Part shown: one piece after another, positions 48,301 through 59,788 of the stretch | How the letters are laid out: the number at the start of each line of letters is the position of its first letter | Position numbering within the stretch: position 1 is the stretch's first letter | Source of the DNA: Bilabrum cf. latius | Lineage: Eukaryota | Assembly (NCBI GenBank): GCA_965178125.1 | Contig: OZ237735.1 | Coordinates: 186,001 to 250,000, forward strand | Length of the DNA: 64,000 nucleotides | Direction of reading: 5' to 3' | Position numbers and translations under genes: made by a program | The notes under the pieces: model-generated | Databases searched by the model: none | Seen by the model: the letters and a program-made list of their open reading frames with translations, nothing else | What the model was told of the DNA's origin: nothing

Positions 48301-51300
48301 CAATCCGATTCGAGACTGCTCGACACAGCTGCGAGTCAGTTTGTCCTGTCACTGGACAGTGTAGGCCAGACGGCCAGCGGGTCCGGAGGTCATGCGGCGG
48401 ACGGTTTCATAATTGCATCATCGATCCCCGACAAGCCAGAATCGAAAGGAGAGGGCAACGGGTAGCCAAAGCACAGTGCAGGCTTCTGCACGGTCGCGCG
48501 ATGGGGCCTCCCTCCATCGGACCAGGTGTCGGGGGTGTCTCGAGGAGGCAAGCAGAGCTTCGGACTGCCAAGCAGGCCCGTGTCTTCGACCCGTTGGGCT
48601 AACCCTGTCCCCGCAAGCGAGTATTCGGAGGCATGCAGAGCTGAGCTGGGCTGTGAGCCGAGCAGTCTCGAGTTTGGAACCCGCCCGCCAGGCAGGGGTA
48701 GGATCGGCCCATTAGGGGCCAAGACGAGTGCCCCAGCCCCTGGAGTGCTCGTGCAGCTGCCTGAGGACGCAATCGTAGACTGGATGCCGTGGGCAAGATC
48801 CGTATGGTCCGAGCAGTCTCCAGCTGCTTCCAGCGTGCGACTACCAGGGAACAACGTGGGAGATCCGAGGTGCCCGTGGTACACCGCCACGTGCGCACAA
48901 ACGTTCGGCACTAGCTCCGTCGATCCGCTTGGCAGGGCATTTAGGTAGCAGCTGGACGGTGACGCGAAGCTGGGATAGCTTGCCCGAATCCACATCAACC
49001 GGCTGCCAGATGACTTTGAGGGCATCACTTGGGATTCACGCCTTGTGCAGCGGTAGTGCCGCAAGGAGTTTCGATCCATGTCAAGGCGCGAGAGGCGCGC
49101 GGTGCGTCTGCTGGAGCGGTTCTGGATGCACTCAGCGCAGGCTCTGGCCCGCAAAGGGGTTGAATGGGCTGTAAAGAAGCATAGAAACGTGATGGCGCGG
49201 ACAATTCAGTGCGTTACCAGGGCTTGGATCGCGAGGCGGGTAGTGGCCGGGATCCGGCGTGCTGGAGCCAAGCTAACACGGTGGGCGAGGTGGCGGCTCG
49301 TCCAGCGTAAGGATGCAAAGAAAGTGCTGAGAGCGCGCAGATTTAGGTGGAAGAAGCTCGTGCAGCGTTCTCTTGATCGGCTTGCCGCCCACTGCGAGCA
49401 GACGCTCTCCGAGAGACACCAGCCAAGCATTGTGGGACGCAACAGGCGGTGTCGCGTGATCGGGTCCCGGCTGCGCTTGTCACTGGCATGGATGAGCCTG
49501 CAGAGATGGTGGAGGACTCGGGTCAGCAGCAGCAGGCAGGCGATGCGAGCGCTCGAGTTCTTTGACTCGAACGAGATGCGGAGCCGCTTCCGGCGGTGGA
49601 GGCGCAGTGCCAGGCAGGCTCGAATCACCCGCGTGACCCTATCGAAGATCTTCCTGCACACTGTGTCTGTGCGCACCAGGAACTGTTCTTTTCACAGGTC
49701 GCGCGCAGATAGAGTGGAGAGCATGTACAGGCAATCTCTGAAGAAGCGGTGGCTCGGCAGGCTGGCTCGGGCGGCGGCCCAGGCGCGAACCAGGAAGCTG
49801 CGGGCCATTGGCATGCACAAGCGCCTGGGCATGCTGTCGTCGGCCACGCGACGTGCATTTGACGCGCTGAGGCAAGGCATCCGGATCGAGTCCAGGCAGC
49901 TCTGGCTGGAGCAAGAGGCGGACAAGACTGGGGCCAAGCGCCGCAAGAGGCGCGTGTTCCGTGCCATCCAATCCCTGGTGCACCGCACCCTGGAGGATCG
50001 GAAGAAGTTCATCATGTCCGTCTCCTTCTCCCACAGGCTCCTCAAGAAGCATGCATTCCAATCTATCGTTGGATTTGCTCGAGATGCTCGTGTCCGCAGA
50101 CGGCAAGCAGCCGCCATGCTGGTCAACTCCGAGAATGGGCTCATGCTGCGGTGCCTGCTTGCAATGCGGGCCAGGGTAGCCTTCCAGAGGCATCAGCAGA
50201 AGATCTTCCACAAAGCCGCTACACTCCAGCGCATGCAGCTGTGTAGACGATCTTTCCGTCGCATCCTGCAGTTCAACGATCAGGAGCGCAAGAGCATCGG
50301 CGGGATGGTGCGTTGGCTGCAGCGATCGGCTCTGCGGATTGGCTTTGCCGAGCTGCGAGACGGCGTGCAGATCGCGCAGCAACAGTTCTTGGAGAAGCTC
50401 CAGGGGGCAGAGAGGCTGCACTCGTCCGCCACTCGGCTGCAGTCGTGGTGGAGGGGCCGCAGGTCGGTAATGAGCGTGTACAGGAAGATCGCGAACCTCC
50501 GTCGGATCGCGGGGATGGTGGAGGAGGCCTGGCACTCGAGGAAACTCCGGAGAGCGGCGCGCCGAATCGCAGGTTTGGCAAAGACTGAGCTGTTCTGGCG
50601 GCACGAGCGCGAGCGGTTGCAGCTGGAGCAGTGTGACGTGGAGTCCAGACGACTCGAGCAGTGGGTTGGAGCGGCGAACCGCATCGGCACGGGCTATTTG
50701 GACTATCGCAAGAGGTTGGTTGCATGGCAGTTTAGGCAGGCGCAGCGGCTTCAAGCTAAGAAAGATAGGCTTGAGCGCCAGGCCTAGGAGAAGGCAGCTG
50801 CGCTCAGACAGCAAGAGAAGATCCGCGAGTTCCACCGGCGCGCCCCCGCGGCAGTGGAGCGCATCATTGCGGCGTGGAGAGGGTATGCGGAGAGAGAGCT
50901 TCGGCAAACCCTAAGAGCTCTTCAGTTGCAGCAGTGGAGCGCCACTCGCATCCAGCGCAACTACAGGCGAAGACTGGCCCGGTATCGAGCGGGGGCCATC
51001 CTGCGGTTGCGCGACGACCAGCTGCGGCGGCAGTCCCGACTGCAGCAGGAGGCGGCAGCTGCCAGGACTCTTGGATACAGGCACAGGGTGGAGCAAGGGG
51101 AGTTCCTGGAAGGGTTGAAATCATTTCCGTGGTTCATTAGCCTCTAGGACGTAATGGTGGTTCCGGAGCTCTCGCTGCAAGGCGCGTTGGACGGGTTTCT
51201 CGGCCTGTTTGGGTGCAGGCCTGCGCGCCAGTCCCGGGCGGTGTTCGCTGGATACGATCACGAGCGGCTGCATCGAGTCGCAATCTAGACCCCGCTGCAA

Positions 51301-54300
51301 GAGCTGTAGGGTGAGATTGGCAGAGACATGGAGATTGCCTTCTATGCCCTCGGTAAGACGGTTGAGATGGCGTGTGTGACCGGCGTCTCTAGCCGGGCGA
51401 GAGAGCGCAAGCTGCGGCAGCTGGCGCTCGAGCAGATCTCGGTGACGGTGCCCGATCTAGAACCTGGCGATGGTGCCCGGATAGTAGATCCCAGCAGCAC
51501 ACATCTCGGCAGAACCGGCACCGTGCTTCAGAGGCAGCCGGGCGTGCGATTCGGAGGCAAAGCCACCCTGAAGATGGACGACTCGGGTCAGCTGCTACAG
51601 GCGTACCTTACGCACGGGGGCCAGTCCGACATGACTGCCTAGGACTCGCTGCATCCTGTCCCAGGAGAGTTCGACAGCACCGGCAGCTCTATGGTGCCTG
51701 CTCGCCGGTAGCGCCTGCCCTGGTACACCCAGGACCAGCTGGTCGCCATGCGCGGCAGTCTTCTGCAGCATGCGGAAGCTATCCGACATAAAGAAAGGAC
51801 GAGGACAGCGGCGATCCGCATTCAGTCTGCGGCTCGCATGTGGCTCGCTCAGGCCCTGGCCGACAGAACCAAGCGACTCCGCGAGCTTGATCCAACCGCC
51901 GGGCAGCTCGGCGATTTGACCCTCTACGAGGAAGAGGACGTGTAGGCAGTCATCAAGACGAAGCCCGCCACAGGTTGGACTTGCGCAGGCTTGTTTGGGT
52001 GCCTAAGGCAGGCAGCCACCGCCGCTGGGCGCCGGGCAGTCAGGCGCCAGAACGAGATGCGGCACCTGATGCGCGCCAGGAGGCGCTGGATCCGCGACAT
52101 GGTGTTCCGCCGCAACCTGGCGGTGTCTGCAAGCGTGCCTGCAAAGGACATCGAGAGGGTTCTCCAGTCCCGCCAGCGGCTCGAAGCGATGGAACGTGCC
52201 GACGAGATGACGGAATGGCACCAGCTGGCGGAGTCCTACACGCGGGTAGACGTAGGCAGTGCTCTGGCCCCCGCCCCACCGGCCACCGGTGCTCGAGTCG
52301 ATCACTGGGCTGCTGCAAAGGACTCCCGTCCGGGCACCGGGCACAGCACGGCACCAGGCACTGCGACGGCCGCTGGGGAGTTTCCGTTGTCAGCTGGAGT
52401 TCAGGATCGTGTGGGATTCGGAACAAACGACGCTGGGGATGATGATGATGCATCCCGAGATGATCGCGGCGACGTATCGCTGCAAGCGACTTCGCTCGCG
52501 CCAAGTCGCCTCACAGAGGATGGGATTGGCAGCGGACTTGCTCGCGGCGAGCAGCCGTCCAACACGTGGTCTCGTCTCGCCAAGCCTCGTCCATTCGCAG
52601 GCTTCGACGACTTTGCTATGTCCGAGGATGACGGCCCCACGATGGTCGCTGACCTCACCACAGTCGGCGCTCTGGACAGGAACGGCCTGCGGCGGCGGTT
52701 CTAGCAGCGCGATCCCAATGCATAGGACAGCACCGAGTACAAGGAGCTGAGGCTTGAAGGCGACACCAGCTCTGCCAGGCTGCAGACGGCCACCGAGCGG
52801 CAGATGGTGGTGCAAACGCCACAGGCAGCACTGCGACACATTGGTGGCTCAGCCAACGTGCACATGCCGGCTAGTCGAGCACGCACGGCCCCAGCCATGG
52901 GGCGTGCCCCCAACATGTCCGCGGATGCCAGCATTGGCGCAGGTGCCATGCACCTGATCTCAGCCACGGAATCCAAGCGGTTGGCGGCACAGGCTCTCAG
53001 GCAGGTGAGGACAGCTGAGCATGGCACCCGAGAGCAGGCGCAGGGTGGGTCGCCGGGCAGTAGTCGTCCGGGCAGCGCGGCCTCGCAGACTGGGCTGCAC
53101 GGCATCGGCACCCCGTCCATTCTTCTCGATGCTCCGGGCATTGCGACCGATAGTTTGGAGCATGCTGTGGGCAAGAGGTCGAGCGTATTGGGTGGCGAGA
53201 CCCAGGTTGATCCCGAATCCGTAGCAATGAGCGGGTTCATCGCTGGGCACAGCCTGGAGCAGGCCGCTTCACTCGCCTCGATGCCTCGGGCGCCCGCCGT
53301 GCCATGGTCAGCGGCGGGCCGGGCACGAGGCGAAGTACCCATCAAACCATTTGGCGAGCTGGCACTGGCGCCGAGCGGTGGAGGGAACAAGGAGTGCACT
53401 GTGGCATCGAGCACACCGTCCAATCGGGTAGAAGGCTCTGCTGCATTTGCGGGATTCAGGGTGGGCACCGGTGCAGCCATCGGAGCTAGCGCTCCACTGC
53501 CTCGCAGCGCCATCGGCACCCCGCCTGAGGTGCTTCTGCTGCGGTGGAGGGAGAGAACGGCCATGGCCGTGCTGTGGCACAGGATGCGATACATTTTCCT
53601 TGCTTCGTTCTGCTACCCAGTCGCCAATCAGCTGCAGCTGCGGCACGAGATTGAGGCTGCCAGAGCCAGCGGCAGGCGCGCGATCAGGTGCCAGTCTCCA
53701 CGAAGGCCGGCGCTGACGCTGGAGGACGACGTGCAGCCTGCGGCGCACACACATGCGATACAGCCAGCCGTGGCTGCAGCCCCGCCCCTGGATCTCGGCA
53801 AAGCAGCAGGGACTGCAGGGGCAGCCGCAGGAAGCAGCCGCAGGCTCGCGCCAGGCGATGGATCCGCTGCCGATCTGCGCTCCACCGCAAACCTGCACGA
53901 CTTGGACCACAGGTCGGGCGAGGCCGTCTCTGGAGCTGCCCTGTGCTGCGCTGGGCCGGAGTGGCAGGAGGGTCACGTGACCTACCGCACATGGGTGGGC
54001 AGCTACAGGTTCACCGACCTGCGGCACTCTCCGCACGTGTCCGCCGGCGGGGATTCCCTCTACCACGGGGAGTGGAGCGAGGTAGGCGCGGCACAGGGGC
54101 ACCCGCATGGCAGGGGCTACGTGCACTTCTTGTCGGACCACCCTCGCTTCAACCCCGACTTCAACCGGTGGCCGGAGTACTACGAGAGGCTGCGGCACGC
54201 TAGAGATCGGCTGCTGGCCACAAGGGCGGACCGACCGTACGGCGAGCTGTTCACTGGTGCCAAGCCAGACGCAGATGTGCGGTCCAAGATGGCGAGGCTC

Positions 54301-57300
54301 ATCGCAAGGGACGAGGCCTTGTCTATCGCCATCGCGGCGCAGGCCGAGGCTGTCACTGTGGGGGCAGAGCCGCGAGCACTGGCCCTGGACGCGGTGGCTA
54401 GCTTGGCACGGAGGCTGGAGGCAGCGGCACGGAGGGACAGGAGGCAGCTGGAGCGCGCTGCCAAGCGAGGACACGAGCAGCCCTCCCACGAGCAGCCCTC
54501 CCACGTGAGGGGCCGCCAGCTGGAGGCTGCTATCCAGCGGGAACAAGAGGCGCGGGCCAGGAGGCTCGAGTGGCTGCGGCTGCGGGACTATGCGAGAAGG
54601 CAGCAGTATCTGGAGGCGGTGCGGCGCGCGGACGAGATCGCTCGTGCTGCGATCGGGGACAATCCGCAGCTGCTCCGCGACGCGTGGGGCGCGGGGGGCG
54701 GAGCCAGCCCGCAAGCAGCGGTGCGGCGCGCCTACAGCCAGAACCTAGACGATGTGCCCACCCCTCGACCCTAGTCTGCAGCACAAGACTACCAGTCATA
54801 GGACGGACTAGACGGTGGTGACGCATCACCGGCAGAAGAGGCCAGGCGACAGGCGGTGGAGCAGGTCCAGGGCCCGGGCTAGCTTGGCTACAGGCAGCAC
54901 GAGTTCGAGCCGCCGAGCGGTCTCGAGCTTAGCCCACTGTGTAACGACATCTCGTACGACCAGCTCGAGGGTGAGTTCAGGCACGGCTACGTGGGCGGGC
55001 TGGTGTCCATCTGGTACCGTGACGGCAGCGAGTACAACGGAGCGTACGTGTCCACGCTCCCGGACCCTCCCCGAGCCTCGATGCCTGACACGCCCTCCAC
55101 GTTCGATGAGGAACTGAAGCTGGCGCCCGGCATGCGCACCGGCAGGCATGCCATCGCGGACGCGGGCGGGCGGCTGTTCGAGGTGGCCATGCGGGCAGTG
55201 GGCCCAATCCCAGAGCGCCTGCTGCCTGCCTCGCTGCGCGGATCCAAGCACGTCGAGAAGTGGCTGGACGCATCTTCGCCCCAGCCTCGCCCGGTGCAGG
55301 CCGGTGGCAAGGCAGCAAGCGATCCTCTCGACCTGAACAAAGTACCTGCTGCAGCGGCCGGGCGCTGGTCTCCGAGCAGCGATCAGTCGTCCGTGTCGGA
55401 TCCTGACATGCCGGACGACCGCTAGTCTGGCTCTTTGATGTCCTCTGGCGGCCACCAGAACCTGCCCTCAGACTTTGAGCCCATCCCGCCCATGTCCATG
55501 TCCACTGACGGGGCGTCCGTGGGGTCTGACGAGCCGGGCAACCAAGGCGTCGGGCCGCTCGTCACTTCGTCGCTGCGTCAGGGATCGGCCGCAAGCCCAA
55601 CATTCACGCAAGGGCTCGGCACCGTTATTCCTAGCGGCGCCTCTCATCAGAGCCTGCAGAGCCTTCAGGGCCTCGCCCTCAACGAACGCCCCGCCAGTGC
55701 GTCGGTGGTTGTGGTCACGGGCCAGCCGCTGCCTGTTTCCCCCGATGATCCGGGGGAGGTGGACCTTCGCAGGGCCACCAGGCCGCGGGTGCGGTTCCCG
55801 CTCTTCTCGTGGCTCGGTAGCCTGTGCACCGCCATGGTGCGGCCCTCGCCTCCGATAAGGGGCCGGCTGGACGGTCACTGGGGCGTGTGGGTCACGAGAG
55901 ACGGCTGGCGCTTCGAGGGGCCCGAGGTGGACAACCACTTCAACGCGCTGCTGTGCACGGCGAGCAGGGCGGTGGTGCGGTCCCCTGACGGGCACGCCTA
56001 CGACGGTGCCATGTGCCTTGGCAAGCGCCACGGGAGGGGCGTGATGCGGTATGACAGCGGGACAACGTTCGACGGCTGGTGGCGGGATGGGGTGCCCTCC
56101 GGTCCTGGGGTCGTGACGCGCCCCTCTGGCCACCAGCTGGTCGGCTCCTTCGAGCACGGGCTGCCCCACGGCATATGCGTCGAGACGGACAGTGCCGGGG
56201 GGTTGTTCGTGGGCGAGTTCATGCACGGCTCCAAAACCGGCTTTGGGATCTTGCGGTCCGGACTGGTCGCAGCGGAGCCAGTGGGCGGCGTGCAGCTGCC
56301 TGCGTCCCTCAACACAGGAGCAGCAGCTGTGGATGCGCTGGTGAGAGAAGTGCACCTGGGGCACTTTGCCGGCAACCGTCCGCACGGGACGGGAGTCCGG
56401 CTGTACCGAGACGGGTCCTTGTTCTGGGGGGAGTGGCAGCACGGCAAGCGGAGCGGGTACGGTGTGTGGGAGTGGCCATCGGGGCAGAGGTACGACGGCA
56501 GCTTCGTCGACGACCAGAGGCACGGGGAGGCCGTCGTGTCCACGCCTGCTCCCAAGACGCTGGTGCGGGCCCCCGTCCTGCACGATGATGCCACTGTCCC
56601 GACGGCTGCTACGGCTGCTGCTTGTGCCAGTGGACCGGGGGGCCTGTTTCAGGAGCATGGCGCGGAAGACGGAGCAGCAGCTGATGCGCGACCCAGGGAG
56701 CAGGCGGGCCGCGATCCCACCGAGCCACCAGGTGCCTCCTCGTCCCCCTCCAGCGGCAGCACGGCCGGGAGAGAAGCCAGCCGGACGAGAGCCGTGCTGC
56801 GGCGACCACACAGACCGACATGGTCCGCCCGCACCGTGGACGAGACGGCCATTCGGTGGGTGCTGGACTCGGTGCAGAGCCGGGGCGGGTCGGTCGCCGC
56901 GCTGAGCGCGCGCATCGGCACCGAGGTGCGGCGGGCGCTGGACGCGTCCAGGCGGCTATACCGGGACGAGAGGCGCTGGGAGCGGCGCGTGGCGACAGAG
57001 TGGGAGCGGGACAGCAAGGTCCGCACGTTGGCTGAGCTATCGAGCGAGGCGGCCACGGAGCAGTTCAAGAGCAGCTTCCCGCTCGAGGTGCCGCTGCCGT
57101 CCCGGGGGCCAGTGCCCACCACTGCGTTCAGGGAGGAGGGCGAGTCCGGGGAGAGGGGGGGGGATGGCGACCCCCAGCACGGTGGCGATGGGGCGGCGGA
57201 AGAGGCCGAGTCGCCGCTGGCGGGCCAAGCAGAGCACTCGGCTGGTCCTCTCCCAGACAAAGCTGGCAGCGGCCCAAGCCAGGCCCCCGGCAGCGCTGCG

Positions 57301-59592
57301 ACAAGCCCAGCCCAATCGCCCGAGGCCCAGCTGCACCCGCTGCAGCCCGAGCCCGAGGCTAGCCAGGAGCAGCAGGGGGCGCTGGTCTGGAGGAGCCTGC
57401 TCGCCGGGACCACGGCGGCGGTGCTGCCCCGCCTGCCGCCCGGGGTGGACCCTGAGGACCCGGAGGTGAGGGAGATCGCGAGTCGGCTGCAGCAAGCCAA
57501 CCCGGAGGTGGCTGGCACGCGCGGGATTCTGCTGTCCAAGCAGGACCTCCAGCGCGAGTACGACAGCATGAAGCGGGATCGCGCCGACCTGAAGAAGCTG
57601 AAGGATCGCGCGGACCGCCTGGGAGCCCAGAGCGCCGGGGCCAGCGCGCAGATCCAGGAGGCGGAAGCCGACCTCTCCCGGGCCAGGGGCAAGCTGAACT
57701 ACGCCAAGCACGCCCTCGGGGAGTACTGGCACGAGAACGACCCTAGGAGGACCAAGGCAGAGTACGACGCCAGGGTCGCCGAGCTGGCGGGTCTCTCGGT
57801 GGAGCAGTGGGAGGAGCTGCGGTCCCTCAAGGAGCCGCTGCTGGGGCCCGCCCGGCTGCTGCGGCCCGTGGGCCGGGCGCTCGCCGTGCTCACAAACTCG
57901 CCCGAGGGCTGGTCCAAGGTAAAGCTGTGGTTCGCTGACTCGGACTGGTGCCGCCGGCACGGGATCGAGGTGGACATTGCGGTGGACGAGGACTACTACC
58001 AGGAGGAGGAGGAAGAAGAGGAGGAGGAGGAGAAAGGGGCCTCCCAGTCCGCTGCATCGGGACACGAAGCCGAGCCCGGCGCGGGGACGCACGAAGGGCT
58101 CGAGAGCCGAGCCGGTGCCCATCGGCGGAAGAAAGCCCCGCACTTCCGGGCGCGCCTCGTGCACGAGTTGCAGCGGCAGCACCTGAGCCCTTACGTGGTG
58201 GGCCGGTCCTCGAGCAAGCTGGACGAGGCGCAGCGGCTGCTCTACGGGGACCCGCAGCTGAGGCCAGACTCGGAGGAGGTGCTGAGGCTGCCGGCCGCGG
58301 CCCAGGCCGTCATCGGTTTCCTGCGTGCCCTGCACGCGCACGCCCTGGCGGCGGCCCCCGCCTACAGGCTGTGGATGGCCTACACGTCGGCGCGCACGGG
58401 CGTGGGCCTCTACTCGGGTTCGACCCTGCGCGCCGTGGAGGAGGCCGGGGCCCTCGCGGGCAGGGCGCGCCAGGCCGGGGAGAGGGCGCGCGCGGCGCAA
58501 AAGGCGCTGGAGCACCGGGAGCGAGGGCTCTCCCGCTGGGCGCGCGAGTGCGGCGAGGCGCGGGAGATCGTGCGCGCCTACCACGGCGACGACGGGCTCG
58601 TCGAGGTGGACGCGGACATGACCCCGCGGGGGTTCTCCGTGCCCGAGGGCGTCCTTCCAAGGGTGCAGCGCACTGGGGTGCGGGCGCGGGAGGACGAGTA
58701 CGTCCCCGCGCTGCGACAAGAGGACCGCGCCGAGATGGTGGCCGCCCGCGCGGGGGTGCTGCGGGACCTGGAGGGGGAGCAGCGGCGGGCCGAGGCGCGG
58801 AGGGTGCGCGAGTTCGATTCCCAGAGCGAGGCGCTTCTGGCGGGGCGCGGGGAGGGGCGGGGGCCGCAGTCCGGGATGGTGCTGGTGCGGGACGCGGACA
58901 GCGGGTGGTGGTACTGGTTCGACCCCATCGGGGGGGACACGGTGTGGGCGAGCCGCAGAGAGGTAGAGGGGGGTGCCGCCGCCGCCGCCGCCGCCGCCAC
59001 GGGTGGCGGGGAGGATGTGGGGCAGCTGGATGAGGACGAGGTGCGGGAGCTCAAGAAGCTGGCCCGACGTGCGCTGCGTGAGGGCAAAGAGGCTGCCGAG
59101 GCCGTCGCTGCAGCAGGGGGTGCTGGTGCTGCTGCGGCGCCCGCCTCGGAGCTTGCCAGGAGCAGGGCGGCCATCCGGGCGAGGAGGGGCGAGGACAGGG
59201 GCGCGGACAGCCAAGATGGTGGCGGCGGCGTCAGGGGGCCCCCGAGGGGCCGCGCGGCACGGGCCGGCGAGCATCTGGCCCGTCGCGTGGCGCACGAGAG
59301 CAAGGTTGCGGAGGCGATCGCGGTGATGCGGCTGGACCCCGCCGAGCTGGACCAGGGGCGCATCCTGAGGGAGAGGGGCGAGCGGAGGATGGAGCAAGAG
59401 GTGCTGGAGCCGGACGAGGGGGAGCAGTGGGGGCTGCCGGGGGCCGTGCGGCTCGGCGCGACATGGGACGATGCGGCCGGGCCCGGGCCCGGTCCACGGC
59501 GCGAGGACGGGGACGAGCAGAGGAGGAGGGACGTGGGGGGCCTCATGCGGATCTCGGGGCCCGGGATGGAACGTCTGAAACCCCTTGGATGA
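45307..59592 (+). CDS. Giant multidomain protein, ~4720 aa: Cys-containing LRRs, IQ/Sfi1-like basic repeats, KOW-like motif, MORN repeats, coiled coil with dynein-stalk-like insert, WW-like motif
   Basis: All track ORFs from 45307 to 59592 in this frame are separated only by TAG (29 counted). The one in-frame TGA (46837) falls inside a predicted intron 46836-46958 (GTGAGA...CTGAC...GCAG) that restores ITDDLSSYLLRGSP. IQ motifs ATRLQSWWRG, ATRIQRNYRR, AIRIQSAARM. MORN motifs YDGAMCLGKRHGRG, FWGEWQHGKRSGYG. Confidence 0.75.
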
Positions 59593-59788
59593 TTCGTGCA
59601 AACCCGCGGTTTTTAAATCCATGCGCGAGCACAGAAGAGAGGCCGCGCGCGCGCGACAATGCCGAATCGATTTTGTTGTTGCGAGTGGTTTCGGTGCTAG
59701 TCTGGTTTTGCACGAACGGGGGATCGAAACGGAAACAGGAGTGCTCCACACACGCGTCTGCCCTTGAATCGCCGCGCAGCGCTCGAGC

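Noticed and set aside
20488-59592. A region of mass pseudogenisation, given the many premature stops
   Set aside because: The stops are all TAG, with no TAA, TGA or frameshift in exons, and catalytic motifs are intact.
20488-59592. Pyrrolysine insertion or A-to-I editing of UAG to Trp
   Set aside because: TAGs are numerous, scattered in polar loops of unrelated eukaryotic proteins, and do not sit at Trp-like or catalytic positions.
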